A DNA stretch of 44,951 nucleotides from an uncultured Rickettsiales bacterium (GTDB lineage: Bacteria; Myxococcota_A; UBA796; UBA9615), in NCBI GenBank assembly GCA_964492355.1, contig CAZBKF010000006.1:1-44951 (forward strand), given 5' to 3'. Of the stretch, positions 35,819 through 44,004 are shown piece by piece (the first letter of the stretch is position 1; each line of letters begins with the position of its first letter). The notes beneath the pieces were generated by a model. It had not been told where the DNA came from, did no database searches, and saw nothing but the letters and a program-made list of their open reading frames with translations. Both the position numbers and the translations under genes were made by a program.

Positions 35819-37777
35819 TCAGGGAGCGGGGGCGGTGACCCGGAACAGCGTGACCACCACGGGATCCGACGTGTAGCCCATGCCCCGGTAGGACGGCACC
35901 GGGGCGAGCTCCGCGCGGTCGAGCTCCTCCAGCCCGACGCCCGCCTCGGCGGCCGCGCACAGCGGAGCTCCCTCGGGGCTGCTGCACAGCGAGCTGCGGT
36001 AGTAGGTGCGGCATGCGCCGGGCATGAGCCCCGCGGAGACGTCCCCCGGCGTGCGAACCGAGACCCCGGACGTGGTGCCGCAGGCCCAGCCCGGGACGAG
36101 GTGCTCGGGGAGCGTCATCACCCGGCGCTCGGCGCGATCCACCCAAGCCACCCGGCACTCCGCGGGCAGCTCCTCGAGCGCCCCCCGCAGCCACCGGTAC
36201 TCCAGCTGCTCGGTGGTGCGCTGGGGGAACAGCCCGGCGCCGCTCAGGAGCACGATGGCCGCCAGGCCCGTGGTCGCCAGGGCCTGTCTGCGACCGCCGC
36301 GCAGCCAGCCTTCCGGCAGCAGCCCCAGGGCGCAGACCACGGGGATGGCGAGCACGACATGGCGGTAGCTGGCCTGCCACAGATCGCTCTGGCCGAAGAC
36401 CCGGTGGGTAGCGGCGTCCAGCCCCACGAAGGCCACGCAGACCAGCAAGAGCACGACCGCCTGACGCCCCAGGGTGCCGGCGGCGGCCAGGGCGAAGACC
36501 GCCGCGATCCAGAAGCCCGGCCCCGGGAGCACGAAGTTGCCGGACGACATGGCGCCCGAGGCGCCCTGGGCCTGCAGGTGGTCCACCACCGGGAGCAACC
36601 CGTCCCAGGCCAGGGCCACTCCCGCTCCGAACAGCGCCCAGGTCCCCAGGGCCACCAGGAGGGCTCGTGAGGGCCGGATCGCGACGACGGCGACGAGCGG
36701 CACGATGGCCACCAGGGGCCAGGCCAGGGGGTGGATGCGCGCCGCCTGGAGGAGCAGCAGGGCCGCGCCGAGGACCAGGGTCGGGCCTCGCCATCGCTCG
36801 ACCGACGTCGCGTGCGCCACGGCCCCCGCGGCGACCATCACGGAGACGAAGATGGCGGGGTAGTACGACTCGCTCGCTCCTCCCAGGACCGTCACGGGAT
36901 CACAGGCCAGGAGCACCCCGGCCAGCAGGGCTGCGCCCCGCCCGTGCCCGAGGCCGGCGGCGAGCCACGCGGCAGCCGGCGCGACGAGCGCCGAGAGCAC
37001 CGCGTTCGCTCCGAAGACGGCCATGTCCGGTGCCCCGGGAAAGGCCCGGGCAATGGCCGTGAACCACTCGGGGTACCCGGGGCCGTAGGACTGCACCAGC
37101 TCCGGTCGGCCCCAGGCCCCCAGCAGCCACAGCGGGCCGAGCCCGTTGACGTGCAGCGGTCCCCACAGCCCCAGGGCGCAGCGCAGGGCCAGGGCCACCC
37201 CGAAGAGCACCAGGAGCTCGGCGGCGCTGGGCAGACGAGGGTCCCGGGCGCGAGCTCCGGCGACGAGGACAAGCGCGAAGCCCACCAGCGGGATCCAGGG
37301 CAGCTCCGACGGAGGCAGCGGCGTCGCCGACAGCTCGGGCAAGAGCCCCGGCGCCTCCGGGACCAGGCCGGGAGCGGCTGTCACGGCACGAGCGAGCTGG
37401 CCTCCCCGGGTCGACAGGGACTCCGCCAGGGAGTCGAACGCGCGCACCTGGGCCGCCGGCACCTCGGACCACTCGGCGTTCAGCACCGGCGCCAGGGCAA
37501 ACGCCCCGGCCGACCGGAAGGCGGAGGGATCGGCCCCCACGGTCACCTCGACGTCGAGGGGCACGCCGTCCGCGGGGCTCAGGCGCACCACGAGCAGGCC
37601 CGGACGGGGGCAGAACCGCGGCGTCACCGGGCCCGTGGCCTCGTCCGCCAGCCCCTCCAGGGCGTGCTCCACCCGGGCCGGGCAGGCCGCCCCGGGGTCC
37701 GCCAGGGCGCTGGCGGCGACGAGGCTCACCACTGCCCCGAAGAGCAGGGCCACGGTGTGGCATCCTTTCGCCGCCAT
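35819..37777 (-). CDS. Large polytopic membrane protein with an N-terminal periplasmic domain and a Cys-rich C-terminal domain. A GT-C (ArnT/PMT-like) glycosyltransferase fold is possible.
   Basis: Signal peptide MAAKGCHTVALLFGAVVSLVAASALA, about 11 TM helices in the middle, and a C-terminal soluble domain with 6 Cys. The product assignment is weak. Confidence 0.68.
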   Translation of the reverse strand: MAAKGCHTVALLFGAVVSLVAASALADPGAACPARVEHALEGLADEATGPVTPRFCPRPGLLVVRLSPADGVPLDVEVTVGADPSAFRSAGAFALAPVLNAEWSEVPAAQVRAFDSLAESLSTRGGQLARAVTAAPGLVPEAPGLLPELSATPLPPSELPWIPLVGFALVLVAGARARDPRLPSAAELLVLFGVALALRCALGLWGPLHVNGLGPLWLLGAWGRPELVQSYGPGYPEWFTAIARAFPGAPDMAVFGANAVLSALVAPAAAWLAAGLGHGRGAALLAGVLLACDPVTVLGGASESYYPAIFVSVMVAAGAVAHATSVERWRGPTLVLGAALLLLQAARIHPLAWPLVAIVPLVAVVAIRPSRALLVALGTWALFGAGVALAWDGLLPVVDHLQAQGASGAMSSGNFVLPGPGFWIAAVFALAAAGTLGRQAVVLLLVCVAFVGLDAATHRVFGQSDLWQASYRHVVLAIPVVCALGLLPEGWLRGGRRQALATTGLAAIVLLSGAGLFPQRTTEQLEYRWLRGALEELPAECRVAWVDRAERRVMTLPEHLVPGWACGTTSGVSVRTPGDVSAGLMPGACRTYYRSSLCSSPEGAPLCAAAEAGVGLEELDRAELAPVPSYRGMGYTSDPVVVTLFRVTAPAP

Positions 37778-38600
37778 GCCGATCCGCCCCTTGCTCATCG
37801 CCCTCTTCGCCCTCCTTCTGCTGCCCCTGACGGGATGCCCCGGTGGCGGGGACCTGCTCCCTGACGACGACGACGACAGCGCGATCGCTGGAGACGACGA
37901 CGATAGTACCGAGGACATCACCCCCACCTCGCCCGTGCCCATCTCGCTGACCACGTCGGACGGGCTGGAGCTTCGAGGCACGTTCCAGGCGGCCCCCGGG
38001 GTCGACCTGGGCCCTGCGGTGGTGATGCTGCACGAGCTGGGCGGGACCCGGGTGAACTTCAACCTGGCCTGGGACAACTTCCTGGACCAGGGGATCTCGG
38101 TCCTCGCCTTCGACTTCCGCGGGCACGGCCAGTCGGACGACGGCACCGTGCCGCTGGCGGATCTTCGCACCACGCCGGGCGAGCTGGAGCTGGATGTGCG
38201 CGCCGCTCTGGACTACGTGGTCGACCAGCCCATGGTCGATGCGGCGGAGGTGGGCGTCATCGGTCTGGACGTGGGCGCGAACCTCGCGGTCATCACACGC
38301 CACGAGGCCGCCCAGTGGGGCGTGGCCTCGATTGTCGCCATCTCGCCGGACATCGCCGGGGTGGAAGCGCTCGGAGAGCTGAGCTCCGCTGATCTCGTGC
38401 TCTCGAACGCCCAGTACGTGGCGGGGCTGAACAACGCGGCCGACGCAGCCGACGCCCAGGCGCTGTACGACCTCACCACGGATCCCCGGGACCTGCGGCT
38501 GGTCAAGCAGTCCTCGGCTCACGGAGCCGACCTGCTCACCGGCAGCTCCGACGCCCAGGAGGGCGTCGCCACCTGGTTTGCCACGCGATTCGCCGAGTAG
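37776..38600 (+). CDS. Alpha/beta-hydrolase-fold lipoprotein
   Basis: Lipobox PLTGC and a poly-Asp linker. VVMLHELGG, FDFRGHGQS, an elbow GLDVG (Asp where Ser is expected), and SAHG near the C-terminus. Confidence 0.75.
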   Translation: MPIRPLLIALFALLLLPLTGCPGGGDLLPDDDDDSAIAGDDDDSTEDITPTSPVPISLTTSDGLELRGTFQAAPGVDLGPAVVMLHELGGTRVNFNLAWDNFLDQGISVLAFDFRGHGQSDDGTVPLADLRTTPGELELDVRAALDYVVDQPMVDAAEVGVIGLDVGANLAVITRHEAAQWGVASIVAISPDIAGVEALGELSSADLVLSNAQYVAGLNNAADAADAQALYDLTTDPRDLRLVKQSSAHGADLLTGSSDAQEGVATWFATRFAE

Positions 38601-38606
38601 GCGCAC

Positions 38607-39677
38607 GTGACCCGCGTACTGATCGTCGGATGCGGGGGCATCGGCGGAGTCCTCGCCGCCAGCCTGGGTCAGCTGTCCGAGCTCGACCAGTCGCTCCTGG
38701 AGCGGCCCACGGTCCTCGTCCGCAACCCCGACGTCGCGGCGGTCGTCGCCGAGGCCGGGGTGCGGCTGCGGGGCGTGGGGGGACCCATCGACAGCCGGGT
38801 GGAGGTCCGTCATCAGGGCGCAGACCTCGACGGACGGTTCGACCTGGTGCTCCTGGCGACCCAGCCCCCGGAAGTGGAGGCCGCGGCCCGGAGCGTGGCT
38901 CCGTATCTGCATGACGACGGAGCCGTGGTCTGCCTGCAGAACGGCCTGTGCGAGGAGCGGGTGGCTACCCATCTCCCGCCGCACCAGGTGCTCGGGGCGG
39001 TGGTCAGTTGGGGCTCGACGGCACGAGAGCCGGGCCTGATCGAGCGCACTTCGTCGGGCGGCTTCTCCATCGGCCGGCTGGACGGGGACGTGAACGATGC
39101 CCGACTCCGGGTCCTGGAGACGCTGCTGTCGGCCATCGGCCCGGTGAAGATCACCCGCAACCTGCGCGGCGCCCGGTGGAGCAAGCTCGCCATCAACGCC
39201 GCCATCTCAACGCTGGGCACCATCGGCGGAGATCGCCTGGGGGCGTTGATGCGGCATCGGTTCGTTCGCCGCCTGGCCCTGGAGATCATGACCGAGACGG
39301 TGGCCGTCGCTCAGGCGGAGCAGGTCCGCCTGGAGAAGGTGTCCGGCACGCTGGACCTGCCCTGGCTCGCGTTGACCGCGGCCGAGCGCGGGTCCGTCGC
39401 TTCACCCTCGCTGATGGCCAAGCACGCGATCCTGCTCGCCGTGGGGAGCCGCTACCGCAAGCTGCGCAGCTCGATGCTGCACGCCATCGAGCGGGGCCGG
39501 GAGCCCGCGGTGGACTTCCTCAACGGGGAGGTCGTGGATCGGGGGGCGGCGCACGGGATCCCCACGCCGGTCAACACCGCAGGGCGGGAGCTGGTGCACC
39601 GGATCGCCCGGGGCGAAGACTCCTCGTCCCTGCCGACGCTGCGGGGGCTGGTGGCGTCCTACTCTTCGTCGGGCTGA
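38607..39677 (+). CDS. 2-dehydropantoate 2-reductase (ApbA/PanE) family oxidoreductase
   Basis: N-terminal Rossmann VLIVGCGGIGG, LQNGL, WSKLAINAAISTL, and the C-terminal SSMLHAIERGREPAVDFLNGEVV block. Confidence 0.85.
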   Translation: MTRVLIVGCGGIGGVLAASLGQLSELDQSLLERPTVLVRNPDVAAVVAEAGVRLRGVGGPIDSRVEVRHQGADLDGRFDLVLLATQPPEVEAAARSVAPYLHDDGAVVCLQNGLCEERVATHLPPHQVLGAVVSWGSTAREPGLIERTSSGGFSIGRLDGDVNDARLRVLETLLSAIGPVKITRNLRGARWSKLAINAAISTLGTIGGDRLGALMRHRFVRRLALEIMTETVAVAQAEQVRLEKVSGTLDLPWLALTAAERGSVASPSLMAKHAILLAVGSRYRKLRSSMLHAIERGREPAVDFLNGEVVDRGAAHGIPTPVNTAGRELVHRIARGEDSSSLPTLRGLVASYSSSG

Positions 39678-40768
39678 TCGACGGTGCGGATCCCGTAGGC
39701 CAGGGCGAGCTCGGAGACCATTGACGGGTTGCTCGGCTTGCCTGTGATCAGCGCGATGCCCGCCACTCCCAGATCCGGCCGGAACGTCACCGCTCCCGAG
39801 TAGCCACCGGGATGCACGCCGCTGCGCTGCCACACCTCTTCCCCGTCGAGCCGGGCGATCTCGACCCCGAACCCGAACCCGGTCTCTCCGGCCTCGGCCT
39901 CGGCGGGGAACCTGAGCTCGAGGCGGCTCTGCTCGGACAGGAAGGTCTCGTCCTCGAACAGGAGCCGCACCAGTCGCTCCAGGTCCGTGGTGTTGGACAC
40001 GATGCCCAGCGGGGCGTGGGCGTTCGCGGGGTGCAGCCGCTCGGTGATGTCCCGACCGTTGGCGTTGTGCCCCTTGGCGAGGCTGTCGGGGAGGTCGTCG
40101 TAGCCGTCGACGAAGGTGGCCCCCAGGCCGAAGGGGTCCAGCAGCTCCTGGTGCAGCGCCTGGCCCCAGGGCATGCCCAGGAGCGCCTCGACGTACATGC
40201 CGATCGCCAGGTAGTTCGTGGCCGACAGGGCGTGCTTGTCCCCGGGCGAGAAAGCCAGCCCCTTGTCGATGGCGGCGGCGAGGAGCCCATCGGGGGTGGA
40301 GGCCACCTCGAGGTCCAGCGAGGCGATCTTCGTGTAGTCCTTCAAGCCGCTCCGGTGGGCCAGCAGGTCACGGATGGCGACCGGCTCGTCCGTGGCACCG
40401 ATGGGCACCCGGTCCGCGAGCAGGGCGTCCAGATCGATCCGACCGTCGTCGACCAGGCGCACCACCAGGGCCGAGGCGAACAGCTCGCTGAGCGGACCCA
40501 CCCGAAAGGCCCCATCCGTCGCCAGCTCGGCGCCGCTGGCCGCGTCTGACACACCGGCCGCTCCGACTCCGAGGTTGCCGTCGGGGGTCGTGATCGCCAC
40601 GGCCAGTCCGGTGGCCCCCGAGGGCCCGACGCAGACATCGGCGGCGTACTGGGTCATGAACCCCAGGGGCTGCCCCGCGGGAGAGCCCGCCAGCTTGCAG
40701 TCGCCCACGCAGCCGCTGGACGCGGCCGCGACGAGGGTGATCAGCATGGCCAACAGCCATCGGGTCAT
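39659..40768 (-). CDS. Beta-lactamase/DD-peptidase-fold lipoprotein lacking the catalytic SxxK, YxN and K/HTG motifs
   Basis: Lipobox ASSGC. Family-typical LLAHRSGL, FSPGDKH and GxxxE blocks are present. The SxxK position reads GPLSELF, and YSN reads LSA. ATG at 40768 with GGAG 7 nt upstream. Confidence 0.8.
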   Translation of the reverse strand: MTRWLLAMLITLVAAASSGCVGDCKLAGSPAGQPLGFMTQYAADVCVGPSGATGLAVAITTPDGNLGVGAAGVSDAASGAELATDGAFRVGPLSELFASALVVRLVDDGRIDLDALLADRVPIGATDEPVAIRDLLAHRSGLKDYTKIASLDLEVASTPDGLLAAAIDKGLAFSPGDKHALSATNYLAIGMYVEALLGMPWGQALHQELLDPFGLGATFVDGYDDLPDSLAKGHNANGRDITERLHPANAHAPLGIVSNTTDLERLVRLLFEDETFLSEQSRLELRFPAEAEAGETGFGFGVEIARLDGEEVWQRSGVHPGGYSGAVTFRPDLGVAGIALITGKPSNPSMVSELALAYGIRTVDQPDEE

Positions 40769-40790
40769 CGACGGTCTCCGATCCAGAGGC

Positions 40791-43058
40791 TCACTCGTAG
40801 CGCAGAGGCAGCTCGAACACCGCACCCTCGGCCCGGTCGTGGGCCGGGAAGGGCGCGTAGCGCATCGTATCCGCCACGCACTTGACGAAGGCGTCTTCGC
40901 CGATTGTCTCTTCGACCAGGATGACATCCGAGACGCGCCCGTCGCAGCCCACGGTGAGCTCCAACTGCATCGATCCCGCCGCGTCCGCCACCTCGTCGTA
41001 GCAGCGCAGGGTCTGCTCCTGGAAGGCGCGAACCGCCTCTCCGATCTCTGCGGCGCTCAGGCCCATCGAGGTGCTCACGCCGAAGTCCTCGTCGGCGTCC
41101 AGGTCCAGGTCCGCCTCCAGGCAGCGCTTTGCCTCGGGCATCGTCAGCTTCCCGTAGCTGCGGCCGCCTCCGGAGCGCACGTCCAGGTTCGCCGTGCGCT
41201 CGTCCGACGGGCCGTCCTCCCCGAGGAGCGCGACCACCACGAGCTCGGCCGACCCGCCCGACGAGGGGCACTCCACGTCCCACTCCAGCTCGTGGATCCC
41301 CGACTCCCGGTTCTCCTCGAAGGCGTCACGACGCACGCTGCGACCATCGAGCATCAGGTCCCACTCGATGCGCACCGACTCCATCTCCCCCTCCGGGAGA
41401 CCGCTGACCCGGAACTCGATGCCGGCGGCCGCCACATCGCCGATGCGGCAGACGGACGAGGTGGTGAACAGGTCCCGGATGGCGATGCCTGCCACGGTCT
41501 CTCCCGCGGCGGCCACGGAGCCCCCCATGCGCCCGCTCTCGAAGCCGTAGGTGGCAGTGGCGGTGCTCTCCTCGTCGCCGCCTTCCTCCCACCCCCGGTC
41601 GTCCAGCTCGAGGTCCGCCGTGCCATCACCTCCGAAGCCCAGGTCGCTGGCCTTCACGAGGCCGCCCTCCTCCTTCGGGGTGGTGGAATCGGAGTCATCC
41701 TCCGCGTCCGGAAGCTCGTCGCTGTCTTCGGCCGGCTCGGGGGCGCGAGCCACGACCTCTTGCACGAGAGGGCGGCTGCCCAGGTTCGCCTTGACGCTCA
41801 CCGCTCCCAGCGCTCGTCCCAGCGTGTAGGCCGGGTCCAGATCCCCCTTGTCGAACGAGCCGTCGACGTGCTTCACCCAGGCGGCGAGGTCATCGCTGTA
41901 GACGCGTCCCCGAGCCGCTCGGCGGCGGTCCACCATCTCTTCGAGCTCTTCCTCGGGGATCGCCTGATAGCGGAACGGAAGCGCCCCGCGCACGACCTTG
42001 TCGATCCCGCGGATCCGGTACCGGTCGCCCCAGTTGTAGAGCAGCTCCCGGGCCTTGCTGTAGGTCCTGGCCTTGCCCCCGCCGCGCCGGGCTTTCCGCT
42101 CGGACCAGCGGTCCAGGTGCGCCCGCAAGAACCAGACATCGTCCTTGTCCCTCAGGAACGGCAGCTCTCCCCGGTGCACCGCGGCGTAGAACTCCCGCGA
42201 GTCCTCTCCGACGTACATGGGGGCCTGCTCGGGAGTGAGGGCCAGGGGCGTGTACATGGCCACGAAGCCGACCACGAGCACCCGCTCCTCGGTGCGGCCC
42301 TTGTCGTCCTCGACCAGGCCGACCACCGGCGCGACCCCCGCCACGTACCGGCTGGGGTGCTTGAGGCGACTGCGCTCGAGTTCCCAGGTGTCGGGCCGGG
42401 AGGACAGGGCGCGGTACCAACCGTCGCTCGTCACCAGCACCTCGCTGCTGGTCCGCATGGAGCGCAGCTGCTCGGCGAGGCGGCCGTCCTTTCCGGGGAA
42501 CTTGCGCATGGGCTGGACCGGCAGATCGTCCCGCTTCTTCCAGCCTCGAAGCTCATCTCGGGCGTCCTCCGAGTCCGAGCCCGTCTCGGCGCGCCCCGCC
42601 CAGATCAGGAGATCACCTCGGCCCTCGCGGGGCAGCTCACGGGCCTCGATGGCCGGCAGGCGCCCCTCGAAGGGGCGGGGACGGGACGGTACGTAGAGGC
42701 CGCGAAGGCGCTCACCGTCGTCGTCCTTCTCCCGCTTGACCTCGGCGCCGCCGATGAACCGGCCCTGGTCGGGCACACGGCTGTTGGTGAGGGCCGAGTC
42801 CGCCCTCCCCCGCCGAATCAGATCCGGCAGATGCAGGGCGACGACGCCGTTCCCGCGTCCCGCGGGCAGCTCGAAGTTGACCCGCGCTCCGGCGAGGTCG
42901 GGACCGAGGACCTTGATGCCCGAGGGCAGGCCGCCCGCGAACCTGGACACCTCCTCGGGTGACCTGCTCAGGGCATCCTCCAGTCCCGGGGCAACGTGGC
43001 GCTCCCAGTCGGCCGCGCTCTCGGTGACGAACACCCACAGCGCGGTGCGCGAGTACAT
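40791..43058 (-). CDS. Large orphan protein with an AgmX/PglI-type (TonB-C-like) C-terminal tail domain. It probably extends upstream to about 43220 with a signal peptide.
   Basis: The C-terminus LSAAEIGEAVRAFQEQTLRCYDEV...MQLELTVGCDGRVSDVILVEETIGEDAFVKCVADTMRYAPFP matches the myxobacterial AgmX/PglI tail pattern. There is an acidic low-complexity linker. No other domain is recognised. See the start-codon finding. Confidence 0.75.
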   Translation of the reverse strand: MYSRTALWVFVTESAADWERHVAPGLEDALSRSPEEVSRFAGGLPSGIKVLGPDLAGARVNFELPAGRGNGVVALHLPDLIRRGRADSALTNSRVPDQGRFIGGAEVKREKDDDGERLRGLYVPSRPRPFEGRLPAIEARELPREGRGDLLIWAGRAETGSDSEDARDELRGWKKRDDLPVQPMRKFPGKDGRLAEQLRSMRTSSEVLVTSDGWYRALSSRPDTWELERSRLKHPSRYVAGVAPVVGLVEDDKGRTEERVLVVGFVAMYTPLALTPEQAPMYVGEDSREFYAAVHRGELPFLRDKDDVWFLRAHLDRWSERKARRGGGKARTYSKARELLYNWGDRYRIRGIDKVVRGALPFRYQAIPEEELEEMVDRRRAARGRVYSDDLAAWVKHVDGSFDKGDLDPAYTLGRALGAVSVKANLGSRPLVQEVVARAPEPAEDSDELPDAEDDSDSTTPKEEGGLVKASDLGFGGDGTADLELDDRGWEEGGDEESTATATYGFESGRMGGSVAAAGETVAGIAIRDLFTTSSVCRIGDVAAAGIEFRVSGLPEGEMESVRIEWDLMLDGRSVRRDAFEENRESGIHELEWDVECPSSGGSAELVVVALLGEDGPSDERTANLDVRSGGGRSYGKLTMPEAKRCLEADLDLDADEDFGVSTSMGLSAAEIGEAVRAFQEQTLRCYDEVADAAGSMQLELTVGCDGRVSDVILVEETIGEDAFVKCVADTMRYAPFPAHDRAEGAVFELPLRYE

Positions 43059-43228
43059 CGCCCGGAGCGAGTCGAGCTCGGCTCGAAGGATCGCGTCTTC
43101 GGTCTGCTGGGCCGACTGCTTGGCCTTGTAGACACCCTTGAGGGGCAGATCCCCCCCCAGCGCTACCGAGGCGGTGGCGAGGAGAAGGCCGAGTACGGAG
43201 AAACGGGCGAGGCGAGTCAGCGAACGGC

Positions 43229-43882
43229 TCAGAATCGCTTGCTCCAGGTGCCCTGGTCAGCCTTGATGTACAGCCGCTGGATCCCCTCGTTGGGGTGGAG
43301 CCGATGCCCGGTCTTCGAGGAGTTCATGGAGGCCAGCTTGATGGCGTCCGGATTGCCCGGCGGGAGCGGCACGGGCAAGGCGTAGACGTACTGTCCGTTG
43401 GCGGTGATCACCAGGCCGGTGTAGGTCTTGCCGCTGGTGTTCGTCAGCTTGAAGCTCTTGCTGCCCACGTTGTATTGGACCGAGAGTCGGAGCGGAGGGG
43501 GTCCCTTGGGCTTCGCGGCTTCTGCGGCGGCCTTCTTCTCGGCCTCTGCGGCCTCTGCGGCGGCCTTCTCCTCGGCGGCAGCGGCGGCGATCGCCTCCGG
43601 GTCCTCGCCCATCAGGGCCTGCTGAACGGGCTTGCTGACCCCTGCATCGTTGAGCCGGATCAACTCCTTCGCGCCGATGTCCACCTTCACCTCGGACTTC
43701 TGGATGGAGGTGATGATCAGGCCCTCGTCGACCCCTGCCTTGGACATCTCGATGACGTCGTCGATCGAGCAGCAGGGTGTCTCCTCCGGGGTCGCTTCAG
43801 GGACCGGCTCGGCCTCTGTCGCGCCGCAAGCGGCGAGGAAGAAAGAAGCCAGGACGGCGACGACGAACATGCGTGCACTCAT
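43229..43882 (-). CDS. Lipoprotein with tandem (D/E)(L/V)I.(L/M)..AGV....(I/V) repeats, an Ala/Glu/Lys-rich linker and a C-terminal beta domain
   Basis: Lipobox FLAAC. Repeats IDDVIEMSKAGVDEGLIITSIQKS and AKELIRLNDAGVSKPVQQALMG. Linker AAAAAEEKAAAEAAEAEKKAAAEAA. GGAGGGG RBS 7 nt upstream of the ATG at 43882. Confidence 0.75.
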   Translation of the reverse strand: MSARMFVVAVLASFFLAACGATEAEPVPEATPEETPCCSIDDVIEMSKAGVDEGLIITSIQKSEVKVDIGAKELIRLNDAGVSKPVQQALMGEDPEAIAAAAAEEKAAAEAAEAEKKAAAEAAKPKGPPPLRLSVQYNVGSKSFKLTNTSGKTYTGLVITANGQYVYALPVPLPPGNPDAIKLASMNSSKTGHRLHPNEGIQRLYIKADQGTWSKRF

Positions 43883-44004
43883 CGGGTTCCCCTCCGGCCC
43901 CGGAGCCTCGGGCCAGCGCCGCTGCTTCTAGCATATGGCGGGGGCCGGGCCGAACCCGCACCGCCCCGATCGCAGCGGGGGAGCCGGTCTGCTAGGAAGG
44001 CCTC

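Noticed and set aside
37863-37877. A (GAC)5 trinucleotide repeat encoding poly-Asp just after the lipobox, with a similar GAC run in the 23103-23558 lipoprotein. I considered both as variable repeats.
   Set aside because: The repeats are short and in frame. They are consistent with the acidic flexible linkers common in lipoproteins, and nothing in a single sequence shows instability.
43151-43158. Homopolymer G/C runs of 8-9 nt considered as phase-variation (contingency) tracts. They occur at 43151-43158, 34342-34349 and 34436-34444, all inside CDS.
   Set aside because: All three are in frame and simply encode Gly-Gly(-Gly) with GGG codons. Such runs are expected at this GC content. Only the run at 21841-21848 coincides with a frame change, and it is reported separately.
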